From assembly GCA_963735595.1 (NCBI GenBank), contig CAVTLK010000004.1, forward strand, positions 352,001-416,000: a stretch of 64,000 nt of DNA, in the 5' to 3' direction. The position numbers and the translations under genes were made by a program. Shown in pieces: positions 61,413 through 64,000 of the stretch. The notes under the pieces are model-generated. The model was not told the DNA's origin, made no database searches, and saw nothing but the letters and a program-made list of their open reading frames with translations. The DNA comes from an uncultured delta proteobacterium (GTDB lineage: Bacteria; Desulfobacterota; Zymogenia; Zymogenales; Zymogenaceae). Numbering within the stretch: the stretch's first letter is position 1; each line of letters begins with the position of its first letter.

Positions 61413-62660
61413 TTAGGCCGATTTTTCGTAGAGTATGATCGGGTTCTCCTTTTTCAGTACGACCCCTTCATTGATGATGCATTCCTTGATGTTCTTCTGT
61501 GAGGGGATCTCGTACATCAGGTCGAGCATTATATTCTCCATAATGGAGCGAAGCCCGCGCGCTCCCGATCCCCGCTCGATGGCAAGCTTGGAGATGGACG
61601 ACAGCGCGCCGTCGGTAAAGCGGAGCTTGACCTTCTCGAAATCGAACAGCTTCTGATACTGCTTGACGAGGGCGTTTTTCGGCAGTGTCAGGATCTTTAT
61701 AAGCGCCTCCTCCGAGAGGTCGGTCAGCGAGGCGATAACCGGAAGCCTTCCCACGAATTCGGGGATGAGGCCGTATTTTATCAGGTCCTGGGGCTGAACC
61801 TGGGTCAGGGTCGCCCCGATATCCATTTCCTTCTTCTTCTTGATATCGGCGCCGAACCCGAGGGTCTTGGAGTGGAGCCGCCGCTCGACGATCTTTTCCA
61901 GGCCCGTAAAGGCGCCGCCGCATATAAAGAGGATATTTGTGGTGTCGACCGGGAGGAACTCCTGCTGGGGGTGCTTTCTGCCGCCCTTGGGCGGTACGTT
62001 GGCGATCGTCCCCTCGATTATCTTGAGGAGGGCCTGCTGGACCCCCTCTCCGGATACGTCCCTGGTGATGGAAGGATTTTCGCTCTTGCGCGAGATCTTA
62101 TCCACCTCGTCGATATAGACGATGCCCCGTGAGGCCTTCTCGATATCGTAGTCGGAGGCCTGCAGGAGGTTGAGGATGATGTTTTCCACGTCCTCGCCCA
62201 CGTAGCCGGCCTCGGTGAGGCTCGTGGCGTCGGCGATGGTAAAGGGAACTTTCAGAAACTTCGCCAGCGTCTGGGCCAGCAGGGTCTTACCCGACCCGGT
62301 GGGGCCCAGCAGCAGGATATTGCTCTTCTGGAGCTCGATATCGCCGGTCTTGGTATCGCAGTCGATGCGCTTGTAATGGTTGTGGACAGCCACCGAGAGG
62401 ATCTTCTTGGCCCATTCCTGGCCGACGACGTATTCGTCGAGAAATTGCTTTATCTCCACCGGCTTGGGTATTTCCGAGCGCGTGCGGGAAAGCTCCTCGC
62501 GTTCGTATTCTTCGGCGATAATGTCGTTGCAGAGCTCAACGCATTCGTCGCAGATAAAGCTCGTCGGTCCGGCGATCAGCTTTTTGACGTCTTTCTGGTT
62601 CTTGCCGCAGAACGAGCAGAACATCCCCCGTTCTTTGTCTTTATCTCTGAAATCATCCAT
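61413..62660 (-). CDS. clpX: Clp protease ATP-binding subunit ClpX
   Basis: CSFCGK zinc domain, [23 protein letters not shown] loop. Confidence 0.97.
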   Translation of the reverse strand: MDDFRDKDKERGMFCSFCGKNQKDVKKLIAGPTSFICDECVELCNDIIAEEYEREELSRTRSEIPKPVEIKQFLDEYVVGQEWAKKILSVAVHNHYKRIDCDTKTGDIELQKSNILLLGPTGSGKTLLAQTLAKFLKVPFTIADATSLTEAGYVGEDVENIILNLLQASDYDIEKASRGIVYIDEVDKISRKSENPSITRDVSGEGVQQALLKIIEGTIANVPPKGGRKHPQQEFLPVDTTNILFICGGAFTGLEKIVERRLHSKTLGFGADIKKKKEMDIGATLTQVQPQDLIKYGLIPEFVGRLPVIASLTDLSEEALIKILTLPKNALVKQYQKLFDFEKVKLRFTDGALSSISKLAIERGSGARGLRSIMENIMLDLMYEIPSQKNIKECIINEGVVLKKENPIILYEKSA

Positions 62661-62751
62661 ACGTGTACCCTTGTTGGTATACTATGCCGTTATAGATGCC
62701 GCCGGACGGCCGCGACGGCGGACGCTCCCGCTCCAGCGAGGTTACCGACCG

Positions 62752-63337
62752 TTATTTTCTCTTTGACATGATTTCGTCGACCAGGCCGTATTCCTTTGCC
62801 TGATCTCCCGTCATGAAAAAGTCTCGATCCGAGTCGGCGGTTACTCGTTCGATGGGCTGCCCCGTGTGCCTGGAGAGTGATCTGGTTCAGCTCTTCCTTG
62901 ACCCGAAGGATCTCCCGGGCGTGGATGTCTATATCGGACGCCTGTCCCTCAAAACCCCCCATGACCTGGTGCACAAGAATCCGCGCGTGGGGCAGAGAAT
63001 AGCGCTTCCCATTGGCGCCGGCCGTCAGCAGGACAGCCCCCATGGAAGCGGCCTGGCCGATGCAGATTGTCGAGACGGCCGGTTTGATATACTGCATGGT
63101 GTCGTATATCGCGAGACCCGCCGTCACAATGCCGCCCGGCGAATTTATATAGAAGCTGATGTCCTTATCGGGGTCCTCGGCCTCAAGAAAAAGCATCTGG
63201 GCGATGATGACGTTTGCCACATCATCGGAAATGGGCGTTCCTAAGAAGATCACCCGGTCCTTGAGGAGCCTCGAATAGATATCGAACGCGCGTTCTCCGC
63301 GGCCGTCCTGCTCAACGACGATTGGGATGAGCGCCAT
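62752..63337 (-). CDS. clpP: Clp protease proteolytic subunit ClpP (frameshift near 62880)
   Basis: [23 protein letters not shown]; the normal C-terminus (DRDFFMT...EYGLVD) continues in another frame to the stop at 62752-62754. Confidence 0.95.
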
Positions 63338-63611
63338 TGGGTTATCCCTCGCATTTACTGTTAAGGGGGTTGGCCATCGGGCGTCTGCCGCCTTTGATAA
63401 ACCGTGCCCCCTTATTGTATAAGATAGTGCTCTCTATCGGCTTCGTCAAGCCGCGGGCGTCATTTTTCGCCCGTGTCGGCCCTTTAGCGCGGCCTATTTA
63501 GTATTAGACTCAGGCGGTCACTTATCTCCGTTTTCCCGATATTCGTACTATTTCAGATCAGAACCGGCTCAACCCGCCCTGCGGCAGCGTACCGGCGATC
63601 AGGGCGCGTTC

Positions 63612-64000
63612 TTATATCATCCGGGCTACTTCTCCTGGTCTTCCTCGGATTCGTTCAATGTCCCGAAATTCCTTGGATAACTTCTTCACTTCTTTTATTG
63701 TAACAAGCTTTGTTAGAAAATCAAGGGTTTTTTCCTCGGTGATCCGGGAGGCCAGATCTTCCCAGGCGTCGTTCTTGTCGTACCGTTTCTTGATTTCCTC
63801 GTATTTCATCCTGAGCGACTGGGCGTCGTTCTTGAGCCGCTCCTCGGACTCCTGGCTGCGTGGTCGTGATCCCTTCCCGCTTGGCGATCTCTTCGAGGAT
63901 GAGCCGGGCCTTTACTTCGTACTCGGCCCGGGGCTTAACGGTCGCCAGCATCTCGTCGGGCTTGGCCTCCATCATTTCCAGCGAAAGACCCTGGGAGCGC
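63612..64000 (-). CDS. tig: Trigger factor C-terminal part (partial, frameshifted)
   Basis: AEYEVKARLILEEIAKREGI and ITEEKTLDFL; lies upstream of clpP-clpX-lon. Confidence 0.8.

Noticed and set aside
58920..64000. Pseudogenisation or programmed frameshifting of lon, clpP and tig
   Set aside because: Many scattered indels in conserved genes with intact motifs and no consistent slippery site; sequencing error is the simpler explanation.

Overview
This 64 kb GC-rich window is ordinary chromosome from a Gram-negative bacterium. Gene content and order (lpxC-DUF4390-ntrY-ntrX, dnk-panBCD, tig-clpP-clpX-lon, many PAS hybrid kinases) suggest a deltaproteobacteria/Desulfobacterota-like organism; this is an inference. 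I found no CRISPR array, transposase, integrase or phage module. Several stretches carry dense single-base frameshifts, including in tig, clpP and lon, which most likely reflect read or consensus errors. The strongest leads are: (1) a sigma70 promoter at ~11.64-11.77 kb followed by two NrdR-box-like sites 32 bp apart around a perfect DnaA box, upstream of a co-oriented cluster with no ribonucleotide reductase (TPR protein, HD hydrolase, TPR-CHAT protein, giant TPR protein, purine nucleoside phosphorylase, two deaminase-like amidohydrolases, cupin); (2) in that cluster, an apparently exported TPR-CHAT protein that keeps the caspase-like scaffold but seems to lack both catalytic residues and is coupled to a 1167-aa exported all-TPR protein; (3) a structured panBCD leader with a readable terminator/antiterminator pair; (4) a five-gene SPFH/zinc-ribbon membrane module with three paralogous Zn-ribbon proteins. 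All family calls come from reading motifs by eye; no searches were run.
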